Assembly (NCBI RefSeq): GCF_006345805.1
Contig: NC_043013.1
Span: forward strand, 9,858,001 to 9,922,000
DNA: 64,000 nucleotides
Source: Octopus sinensis
Taxonomy: Eukaryota
Direction: 5' to 3'
A program made the translations under genes and the position numbers. Under the pieces are notes generated by a model. It had not been told where the DNA came from. It saw only the letters and a list, made by a program, of their open reading frames with translations, and made no database searches. This document shows, in pieces, positions 12,546 to 23,721 of this stretch; within the stretch, counting starts at the first letter, position 1, and each line of letters begins with the position of its first letter.

Positions 12546-14069
12546 TTTTATATATGTAATATAATATCATATTGTGTTATATCATATTATACACGCATTA
12601 CACAATCACTTTGGCAAAATGCATAGCTACATTTATATAAAATTTTTATTCTGATATCTGATAAATCGTGGCGAGATTGAACTTTCCTTTCATGAATTGG
12701 AGGTGGGTTTCAATACACTGAATATGAAGTGTTGGATTCTCTATAGACAGCTTCTCAAAATCCTAAAATATGTTGCCGCGTGACCCTGTTGGAAACCTTT
12801 GTTAAGTTACCCATCTCTGATTCAATAGGTCAACCAGCGTAGGATAATCAGTATTTGGTGGTTCGCTTATGGTTCGTTCCTTTGCACTACGTTTATTATT
12901 TGCCAAGAATGTTAGCCATATCAGCTGTTCAGTTCATCAATCTATAAAAATCACCACAAACCAAAACCAGTCCGTTGTTGGACTACATGTTCTAATATGT
13001 TATATGTACTCAGTTTACTTATTTGTGTAAATGTCCGGTAGATTAAAATTAGCCAAGTTTAATTCTTGATACCTTAACTATTATTACTTAATTTACCTAC
13101 CTGTAAATAGGACGTGTAGAGTTAAATTACTCATAAAAGAAAACATGTCACTACTATGAAACTGTTGAGTGAGTGATGTGTTCGGAGGTCATTGCTGTAC
13201 ATATATATGCAATTCTGGACAAGAATTTAACTGTTTATGAAGAAGACAATCAACAGTCCATACATGCGGACGTGGGCCGACACAACTGCTCGTCAACGAT
13301 CTTGCTATGAAAAGGTAAAGAGACGGAACAGTTACCGCGAGGGTCTCGCCGATTTTTCTAGCAGTTCCACTAATCCATCACCCCAATTGGTAGTTTCTAA
13401 TCGAAAGATAAAAGGCAAAGATGTCCTCAGTGGGATTTGAACTCAAAGTTTACAAAGTCAGAACAAATATTGTAAGACACTTTTCGAAAAAAAATACCGT
13501 CGACTCCACAAATTTGCCGCCTGCCGCGTGAATATCAGACGCCATATTTTGTTTTGATAAGTCACCGAAATATTTCTATTGCTTTCATTTTTAATTACCA
13601 TTTTCAATTTGATAAAGAAATTTGATTCAGCCTAAGACTTACTTTCTGCTAAAAGTAATTTACTTTTACAACATTTCCAGAATTGCTTCGCGTTCTGGGA
13701 TTTATTCTATTTCTAAAGTCTCAAGTAAAATCTTAGCTGTCACTCGTAAGCAAGTGTGACCTTGTTTTGAGTTTACGTAGTTGTGAGCGGACATAGACAC
13801 CATATCAGCTTCTTGTCCGTCATCCAGTAGATCACCAAGGATGTGAAATCTGGAGAGACATACAAACTGTACCAACAAGCTTGAACACATTTACAACTTT
13901 ACTCATTTACCAACGCGTTTACGATTTTACCAGGTTGTCACCTTCTTACTAAAATTATGGATCTTCAAATGATAGATTTGAACTGGAAGCATTCTCATAC
14001 GAAACGCGCTATTGGTTGTTACCAAAACCAACGCACACTGTTTCTGCTTATGCAATAAATCTTTAACTT

Positions 14070-14140
<71 letters not shown>

Positions 14141-14164
14141 CCAACAACAACAACAATGATAACT

Positions 14165-14378
14165 ATCCTCTCTATTAAAGGCACAAGGCCTGAAATTATT
14201 GGGGAGGGGTATAAGTCGATTTGATTGATACCAGTGCGTAACTGGTACTTATTTCATTGACACCGAAAGAATGAAAGGCAATTCGACCTCGGTGGACTTT
14301 GAACTCAGAATATAAAGACAGACGAAACGCCGCTTAGCATTTTGTCCGGCGTGCTAACGATTCTGCCAGCTCACCGCC
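14165..14378 (-). mobile_element. SINE group B (tail T2)
   Basis: ggcacaaggcctgaaatt...actggtacttatttcattgacaccgaaag...gtgctaacgattctgccagctcaccgcc. Confidence 0.85.
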
Positions 14379-14405
14379 TTAATAATGCTGCTGTTGACAA
14401 TCATA

Positions 14406-14480
<75 letters not shown>

Positions 14481-14819
14481 TAATAATAAGGATGATGATG
14501 ATGATGATGATGATGTTGATGATAATGATAGTAAACTTGGTGTGTTGTCGACATGGTAAGATTGTTTTATTTTAAGTTACTTATTCTAGGCTTTTATGTG
14601 GAATTTATTTACAGTTAAAGAAATATAAGATTATTTATCGTGGACCACATCTCTCATTTGAATTTGAAATACTGGGATCATGGGCGTTATATGATGACAG
14701 CAATATGTATTATGTGTGTGCGTGTGTGTGTTCGTGTGTGAATGTGTGTATGTGTGTTTATGTGAGTGTGTGCGTGAGTGCTAGTTTATGTACAGGCGCC
14801 TGCTCTATATGTTTGTATA

Positions 14820-14859
<40 letters not shown>

Positions 14860-15324
14860 CTATGTGGCAAATTTCAGCACATAAATATATACACATACAT
14901 ATGCGCACAAATGTATATAAATATATATATATATACATACATACATACATACATACATACATACATACATACATACATACATACATAGGGACATGCACAC
15001 ATACACATAGAGATAAGCACGTGTACGTACGTACATGTTGATAGCTGGAATAGCGGATAGGCTAGTAAATAGATAGACGGATATATATCAACGAGTTTGT
15101 TGGCCAATGGAAATATGTGGGTGCTTAAATGATTAACCAAGTTGTTTATTTAATTTCGTATCTGTACTTAAAAATCTTGCTTACATTAAAACATTCGATA
15201 CCCAATTATGCTTCTCAGCAGTTTGAGTGGTTCATGTATAAACACAGAAACTAAGGCGTTTGGATCAATGACGAAAACCCATCAACAACAAAACAAGCAG
15301 GACAATAATAATAATGATATAATG

Positions 15325-15376
<52 letters not shown>

Positions 15377-15411
15377 TAATGATAATAACAATAATAATAT
15401 TCTTTCACTCT

Positions 15412-15804
15412 TTACTCTTTTACTTGTTTCTGTCATTTGACTGCGGCCATGCTGGTGCACTGCCTTTTAGTCGAGAAAATCGACCCCAGGACTTATTCTT
15501 TGTAAGCCTAGTACTTATTATATTGGTCTTATTCTATTGGTCTCACCATCGGTTGTCAAGTGATGTTGGGGGGGGGGGACAAACACAGACACACAAACAT
15601 ATACACACACACACACATACACATATATATATACATATATATGACGGGTTTCTTTGAGTTTCCGTCTACCAAATCCGCTCACAAGGCTTTGGTCGGCCCG
15701 AGGCTATAGTAGAAGACACTCGCCCAAGGTGCCACGCAGTGGGATGGAACCCGGAACCATGTGGTTGGTAAACAAGCTACTTACTATACAGCCACTCTTG
15801 CGCC

Positions 15805-15805
<1 letters not shown>
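15412..15805 (-). mobile_element. SINE group A
   Basis: tttacttgtttctgtcatttgactgcggccatgctgg...cccaaggtgccacgcagtgggatggaacccggaacc...cagccactcttgcgcc. Confidence 0.9.
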
Positions 15806-15866
<61 letters not shown>

Positions 15867-15892
15867 TAATAATAACAATAATAATAAGTCAT

Positions 15893-16035
15893 TCTATTAT
15901 AGCCACAAGGCTTGAATTCTTTGGTGAGAGGGCTAGTCGATTACATCGTCCCAGTATTCGACTGGTACTTATTTTATTGACCCCGAAATGATAAAAGGCG
16001 AATTCGACCTTGGCGGAATTTGAACTCAGAACGTC
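15893..16035 (-). mobile_element. SINE group B (tail T2), 3' part
   Basis: gccacaaggcttgaatt...actggtacttattttattgaccccgaaatgataaaaggcgaattcgacc. Confidence 0.75.
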
Positions 16036-16061
16036 TAACAGAAATAATAATGATAATAATG

Positions 16062-16119
<58 letters not shown>

Positions 16120-16856
16120 TAAAAATAAAAATAATAATAATAATAATAATATTAATAGTAATAATAAAAGCGTAGTTTAAAAAAGTACACTTTAATTAAA
16201 ATTAGGAAATTCTGTTTTGATTCTTCCAACACAAACAAGAATGAAATTGTACATAACAATCACCACCACCACCACAACCACCACCACCACCGCCACCACC
16301 ACCACAATTACCGCCATCAGCGTTCCGTGTCAATATGTGATATTTCGAAGACATTTTGCACCATTAAACTGGTCTTTCGCTTGCTTGGTTCTTATGGTTA
16401 AATATTCCCAGACATTTTGTACAACGGTATCACGTCCAAACTAGTATATCTTTTATGTTTTCTTTTCAGGAGTCCGTGTACAATCTGAACAGCTTACGAT
16501 ATCTTACCACTCTATAAATCTCACTTTTATGTGCATGACGAAATATTTTTTTCACGCTCATATATTGAATGGCGCCTTTCCACTAAGACAAGTTATATAT
16601 ATTTTTTTTAAAAACACACCAGACGTACTTCAGAACTGTCTATATACACTCGTTGATAGGAACTGCCATTTTAGCTTTTTCTTCGTCTTTTTTTTTTATC
16701 CGTGTACCTCACTCACCACACAAGAAAACATATTTATTTGTTGATAATAGGTCAGTCGTTTCGTTAACGGGAAAAGAAAGGATTGTGGGTGTGTGTGTGA
16801 GCATGTGTGTATGTCTGTGGAAGTGTTTATAATACATACACACAAATATATAATAT

Positions 16857-16887
<31 letters not shown>

Positions 16888-16948
16888 ATATACATACACA
16901 CACACTCAGGCATATACACATGTTAAATTTATGTATATACCTTCGTAG

Positions 16949-16983
<35 letters not shown>

Positions 16984-17141
16984 TATATACATATATAATA
17001 TATATATATAAATATATATACGAGCTAATCTTATTATAAATATAAATATATATATATATACGTCAGTATATATGTACGTATATATATATATGTGTATGTA
17101 TATGTGTGTATATAGATGTGTGTGTGCGTGTGTATGTGTAT

Positions 17142-17550
17142 ACTCTTTTACTCCTTTATCTGTTTCAGTCATTTTACTGTGGCCATGCTGGAGCACTGCC
17201 TTTTAGTTGAGCAAATCGACCCCAAGACTTATTCTTTGTAAGCCTGGTACTTATTCTATCGAACTCTTTCGCCAAGCCGCTAAGTTACGGGGACGGAAAC
17301 ACACCAACATCGGTTGTCAAGCGATGGTGGATGGACAAACACAGACATACAAACGTATACAGACATACATATACATACATATATATGTATATATAGATAT
17401 AGATAGATAGATATACATACATACGACGAGCTTCTTTGGTCGGCCCGAAGCTATAGTAAAAGACACTTGCTCAAGGTGTCACGCAGTGGGATTGAACCCA
17501 GAGTCATGAGGTTGGTAAGCAAGCTACTTACCACAAAGCCACTTCTACGC

Positions 17551-17552
<2 letters not shown>
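17142..17552 (-). mobile_element. SINE group A
   Basis: Same architecture as 15412-15805, with an internal TACA/TAGA tract. Confidence 0.9.
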
Positions 17553-17584
<32 letters not shown>

Positions 17585-17588
<4 letters not shown>

Positions 17589-18190
17589 TAATAAATGAAT
17601 AATACATATGCATATATACATACATATATGTACGTACCTACCTCTACATGTATATATACATGCTTATATGGGTACAGGACACCAAAAAAACGTCGAACAC
17701 AATGAGAAACGAAAACATAAACACAAAAACAAGGAAATGGACATATTTTTAAACAACGAAAAAATAAAGTACAGGACATACAAAACAAGGAAAATTCCCC
17801 TTCTTCAGTCGCCTTAGATTCATCTACTCCACGTTTCGAAGGTCAATGCGATACATGACTTCAATGAAAATTTCCTTCCCGCGAAAATCAAATTAAATAA
17901 AATTTGAGATTTTTTTGCGGAGGGGTAAAAATGTTAACAAAAACAGGACAGTAACGACAGTACAAAATATAAACAGTAAAGAACAGGACACGGAGAATAA
18001 CCGTAACACAAACAAGAAGGGATGTTAAGCCAAACGAGATAAAAATGTTTTTACGAACGCTATTTTTTGAGACGGCAGGAGCAACAGATTGACCGTCTCT
18101 ACTTGGAGGAAGTCAGGAGAAGAAGGACAGAGATAACCATCTCATCACGTGACCGCGACGGGAGGGAGGAGGATGAGTAAGAGAAATGGA
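17585..18190 (-). mobile_element. Unclassified interspersed repeat, possibly a Penelope-like pLTR relic
   Basis: It starts at the end of a (TA)n tract. The minus strand has cgaaacgtggagta and ctgaaga, resembling broken hammerhead halves. Only one copy is in the window. Confidence 0.35.
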
Positions 18191-18659
18191 GAGAATATAC
18201 ATACATACATACATACATATATACATACATACATATATACATACATACATACATACATACATACGAGGGTGAGAGAAATGCAGGTGCCATCTACTTCTGA
18301 GTTGAGGCTCTGAATATATAAGCATGGGTGATTTGAATGCAATCGTCAGCTGGCGGTGAGCTTCGGTGTACAGTAGGAATGATTGTTGAAAAATGAATTA
18401 GCTTACCTAGATTTCAGAATTAGCATGGCTAAACTAAAAAGGTAATATTTCTGCACTCTCTTATTCCACTCATTTTACCTTATGTTCTTAATATATCAAT
18501 TTCGCATTCCATTTTTCATAATCGTCCGAAGATCGGCACCAAGAAACTCGGAGAAAACTGTTTCGAAATTTCAGATTGCCCTGTATGAAATGACATTATT
18601 TTCCATAATGTATTCGTCCCACTATTTCTCTTCCATGCAATTCTATATATACGCACACA

Positions 18660-18671
18660 CCTACATACATG

Positions 18672-18703
<32 letters not shown>

Positions 18704-18897
18704 CATACATACATACATACATACATGCATACATACATACATACATACATACATACATACATACATACATACATACATACATACATACATACATGCATAC
18801 ATACATGCATACATACATACATACATACCTACATACATACATGCATACATACATACATACATACATACATACATACATACATACATACATACATACA
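18660..18897. repeat. (TACA)n microsatellite, representative of many simple repeats across the window
   Basis: About 240 bp of near-perfect TACA. Other large tracts include (TATC)n 744-810, (TA)/(TG) 1470-1865, 4160-4575, 11415-11668, 16840-17130, 19410-19750, 28220-28590, 43440-43935, 44570-45060, 48090-48755 and 57280-57745, and (AAT)n 14072-14530, 15305-16170, 20500-20580 and 40250-40590. Confidence 0.95.
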
Positions 18898-19473
18898 ATA
18901 TGTGTGTGAGTGTGTGTATGATCTGATATTATTTTACCAATTTCAATCATTGGACAATGACCAAACTGCAGCATCGACTACCAAAATGGGTCTTGTGCAT
19001 ACCTTATTAAGAAGAGGAAAGCAATCACAACCTGAACGGAAAGAGACTTAAATTTGTTCTACGCACCGTTCGTAAACGGTCTTCCTACGCGTGAACACAC
19101 ACACACACACACACACATACAGACACACATGCAAGCACTCACACAAATATTTAGTATATCTGCTATTGGTATTTACATAAATTTAAATGCATTTGCAATT
19201 TTTGTTCCTTTTCTTTATATATTTGCTTGTATTACAGTAATAAGTACCAAAATGAAAAAAAAACCCAAAAAAAAACCAAAAACAACACTAGAAAAACGTG
19301 TTAAATTGAATTCAGAGTTAATACGAAGCTTTTGGTTGGGAGAGAATGGAAGGGAATCATTGAGAACGGAACGAACGTTTCTTTTTTTGTTTTTCAGTCC
19401 CACTTCAAATATATATACATATGTGTGCGCGTATATATATATGTATGTATAATATATGTATGTATATGTATGC

Positions 19474-19601
<128 letters not shown>

Positions 19602-19916
19602 CATACACACAGGCATAAGTGTGTGTATATGTATATTAAAATAAAAGTATAAGTACATTCATGCATATACACATGTGTGTTTATAAATATGTATATATAT
19701 ATTTGTATGTATATGTGTATATATATATACATACATACATACATACATGCATGCATAATAGTGGGCAAAAGAGAAAAAATGTATAAAGAATGGAAAGAAG
19801 AATCTCTTCGATTTTTGGTCCATGTTTTATTCCATTTCCTAAAACAGTTAGATACTTTCTCGATCTTACTTACTTCCTACAATGCCATTTTCCCCTTCCC
19901 TAAACCTACATATACC

Positions 19917-19949
<33 letters not shown>

Positions 19950-20499
19950 ATATCTCCGGCGTGAAACTTCAGCAAAAGCAGTGACCGACCACCTAGGTAG
20001 AGAAAAGATGGTGGTAAAATGGAATTAGATGAGATACATTGACGTTAAAAAGCGACTTAATTAAGGCGAAGGAATCACCCCCCGTTGATCAGTCGACATG
20101 TATTGATTTTCTCTTAATAAATTTGGGAAATGGATTAAAAGCTGCTGGCTATAAAACTCATATTACACTTAGTAGAATTTCAAATATTCACAAAACATCT
20201 CATAAACGATAGTTCTCAACATTGATATCTGTTTCTAGCCCTTCCTCATTGAATCTTTCACTTTGTCTTTCACTCTCTAAGTTCGTATCTGTTTCTAACA
20301 AACTCTCTCCTTGTACATTGACTTCACAGCTAACCCTTCGTCTCTATATATCCCGCTATCGTTCTCTCTATGTTTTTCAATCTCTCTCGCTTATCAATTA
20401 TATAACGTTATGCATATACATAACACACAAAATATACATGATATCATGTCGATTCCCTCAATTCAAATCACTGCTTTAGTTTTATAATTTTTCACAGTG

Positions 20500-20579
<80 letters not shown>

Positions 20580-20790
20580 GTGGTGGTATAATACTTAGGT
20601 TTATTTCATACATGCTAACGGAAGATCTACTTTTGCATCAAGAAAATAACCGTTACAGAAAATTTTGTGGAAAAAAAAATCCATCTTACCAAATAAAGAA
20701 ATAAAATATTCCTTAAAGTTAAGGGAAAACCTCAATACCATGTACACACATATAATGTGTGTATATGTATGAGTGTGTTTGTATGTATGT

Positions 20791-20831
<41 letters not shown>

Positions 20832-20837
20832 ATACAC

Positions 20838-20934
<97 letters not shown>

Positions 20935-21239
20935 GCATACATATATATATATATAATGAAGGGTGAAATTAATTAATTTGGAATAATTATCAATTACACC
21001 AAGTAGTCTTCGGCATGTAAAAGCCTCATTCGAGGAAAATTTAAGTAATACTAAGCAATAAAGGGTTTAGCAACGAATTGCCTTACCACAGACCGAATTT
21101 AGAAATAGCAGTCAAAGAGTTATAGCTATTTCTTCTACTAAAAAGGGAGATCTCAGTAAAAAACACAGCAATTGGAAGGCAGACACAAACAGGTAAGAGA
21201 GAATGAATTGACGGCAATCTATCATACAATTTTAAGTTA

Positions 21240-21339
21240 TCTACGGACGCACGTTTCGAAATCAAGTTTTTAGGAAAGCATAAGAATTAAATATTAAATA
21301 ATTCTACCTTACCCAAACTTCTTTTCTCTTCAGCGTAGA
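21240..21339 (-). ncRNA. Type I hammerhead ribozyme, intact core
   Basis: The minus strand reads UCUACG-CUGAAGA-G[long stem II]C-GAAAC-GUGC-GUC-CGUAGA. Stem I is UCUACG/CGUAGA, stem III is AC/GU and the cleavage triplet is GUC (C17 at 21246). Confidence 0.85.
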
Positions 21340-21475
21340 ATACTATAATCATAAATGATTATATATTGAATTTTGAGATACTAGAAGGCACCAACTCAAC
21401 TCAGTATCAACTGAGTTGAGTTGGTGCCTTCTAGTATCTCAAAATTCAATATATAATCATTTATGATTATAGTAT

Positions 21476-21575
21476 TCTACGCTGCAGAGAAAAGAAGTTT
21501 GGGTAAGGTAGAATTATTTAATATTTAATTCTTATGCTTTCCTAAAAACTTGATTTCGAAACGTGCGTCCGTAGA
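21476..21575 (+). ncRNA. Type I hammerhead ribozyme copy with core variant CUGCAGA (A6C)
   Basis: tctacg-ctgcaga(21482-21488)-g...c-gaaac-gtgc-gtc(21567-21569)-cgtaga. It is identical to the minus copy except at 21485. Confidence 0.75.
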
Positions 21576-21761
21576 TAACTTAAAATTGTATGATAGATTG
21601 CCGTCAATTCATTCTCTCTTACCTGTTTGTGTCTGCCTTCCAATTGCTGTGTTTTTTACTGAGATCTCCCTTTTTAGTAGAAGAAATAGCTATAACTCTT
21701 TGACTGCTATTTCTAAATTCGGTCTGTGGTAAGGCAATTCGTTGCTAAACCCTTTATTGCT

Positions 21762-21792
<31 letters not shown>

Positions 21793-21803
21793 TATTATAT
21801 ATA

Positions 21804-21968
21804 TAACGGGAAGTTTACGAAAATAAACAAAAGACGAAGGCAGGTGGAGTACAAACAAACATTGTATTAGTATGGCGCTCAAGGATAGAAATAAAACAAG
21901 TATTTTACGTTTCGAGCCTGCGCTCTTCCACAGAAAGATACACAGAAAAGAAACAAGGAGAGAAACAG
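21804..21968 (-). mobile_element. Penelope-like short element (family P2) with minimal hammerhead-like motif
   Basis: It is homologous to 47887-48063 and abuts (TA)n at taacgggaag. The minus strand reads tcttt-ctgtgga-a-gagc-gcag-gctc-gaaacgt-a-aaat at 21901-21938. Confidence 0.6.
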
Positions 21969-22014
21969 TACATATACACATATATATGCACATATATACA
22001 TATACACATACATA

Positions 22015-22053
<39 letters not shown>

Positions 22054-22100
22054 CATGTATATATGTATATATACATACACACACACACACACACACACAC

Positions 22101-22171
<71 letters not shown>

Positions 22172-22557
22172 CATGTGTGTATGCGTGCGTGCGTGTGTGT
22201 GCGTATGTGTGTATATATTTTATGTTATAATAAAAAAAATCAATTTTGCATTAAGCTGAAGGAGTACTCAGTACTTTTTGTTGCATAATATTGACAACGA
22301 CTTCGAAGTTCCTGCCAGCGAAGTCATCATCCATATCTTCAGGGAATGATATCTTAAAAACAGGTACATTTGCTGTAAATCATTATTCCATATGAAAGAT
22401 TAGAATCTTTGAACGTGAGATACAATGCATTCAAACAGCTGTACCATTGTACTCTATATGTATACCACACTGAATCCTATCTTTTGGCATAGTCACCTCA
22501 ATCTTCTTGCCAGTACTACACACATAAGAGATTTACGCTTAATTCTCTCTATATATT

Positions 22558-22778
22558 TGTTTCTTTACTACCCACAAGGAGCTAAACACAGAGGGGACAA
22601 ACAAGGACAGACAAACGGATTAAGTCGATTATATCGACCCCAGTGCGTAACTGGTTCTTAATTTATCGACCCCGAAAGGATGAAAGGGAAAGTCGACCTC
22701 GGTGGAATTTGAACTCAGAAAGTAACTGCAGACGAAATACGGCTACACATTTCGCCCGGCGTGCAAACGTTTTTGCCA
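22558..22778 (-). mobile_element. SINE group B (tail T1)
   Basis: ttctttactacccacaagg...gacagacaaacggattaagtcgattatatcgaccccagtgcgtaactgg...gaactcagaa...ttttgcca. Confidence 0.9.
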
Positions 22779-22953
22779 TTGTCGGTATACAATACATCCA
22801 CAGTATCGGATGTTCTGGTCTACGTCGCTCTGCTGTGACGTGTAAGCTGTTATTGACTTTAAATTTCAGCACAGACAATGCTGATAGCCACTGTGTTCAA
22901 TATGAAGAATAAAACCATTTGTTAGTGATTGTCATTTCTCGTCTACATGCTGT

Positions 22954-23175
22954 AAACGACGGGCTCCTGAAAAGTCCCTGGCTTTAAGGGTATCGTGAAA
23001 GGCGTGGTTGAAGACCCAAATTTCCCAGCTCTTTCATAGGGTTTAGAAAAACTGAAGGACTGCTGCAATAAATATGGGAATCTGAGAGGGGAATATGTTG
23101 CATAAAACCATAGCCAACTGACCCTCCTGTATTTTCTTTTGTTCAAGTCCAGGAACTTTTCAACACCCGCTCGTA
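22954..23175 (+). mobile_element. Mariner internal-deletion derivative (MITE-like, ~220 bp)
   Basis: The left end acgacgggctcctgaaaagtccctgg pairs imperfectly with the right end ccaggaacttttcaacacccgctcg|TA. The interior 23040-23105 encodes GLEKLKDCCNKYGNLRGEYVA*, which resembles a mariner transposase C-terminus. Confidence 0.8.
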
Positions 23176-23687
23176 TATTTTTTGTTTCGTCTTTAAATTA
23201 GATCAGAAACCAAGTGCCCATAACTGATGTAGAGACTGAGATTGATATAGGTATATCAGAACCGGAAACCTGACCAGAATGGTAGCAACAGAATAGAATT
23301 CGCTCAAAATTCATCCAAGTTGACAGCTGATGTTGTTAGCCTGAATGATAAGTTGCATGTAACACGAACGTTAAATCGTCTACAAAAGATGGACGTGAGT
23401 GTACCTGTTTGAAAATGCCTATGTATCTGTGTATATGTGTGTGCATGTATGTATGTATGTACGTTGAAATTGATTTCCTTCAACATGTATAAAAGGTTAA
23501 TATATAATGTGTTGTATGTATGTGGTACACATAGACTTCCTCTTCTAAGTGTAAAGTCATTTAATGTAACATGTATTCATACAAACACACAGACACACAT
23601 AATGTCTATAGAAGATAACAGATCAACAAAGAGAAAATGAAACAGGAACATTACACACACACACACACACACACACGTTACATACAC

Positions 23688-23721
<34 letters not shown>

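Larger units (their letters stand above)
20956..21763. mobile_element. Head-to-head inverted pair of a non-autonomous hammerhead-containing (Penelope pLTR/retrozyme-like) element in a (TA)n tract
   Basis: Arms 21052-21405 and 21410-21763 are reverse complements with one mismatch. The minus-strand unit extends ~95 bp further, to 20956. Both outer ends abut (TA)n. Confidence 0.75.

Noticed and set aside
16470-16517. Acceptor ttttcAG followed by ESVYNLNSLRYLTTL* as a terminal exon
   Set aside because: The peptide is short with no recognisable homology, and no upstream exon can be linked.
21083-21732. Identical 60-aa ORFs on both strands as a gene pair
   Set aside because: They result from the palindrome, start at TTG and have no recognisable homology.
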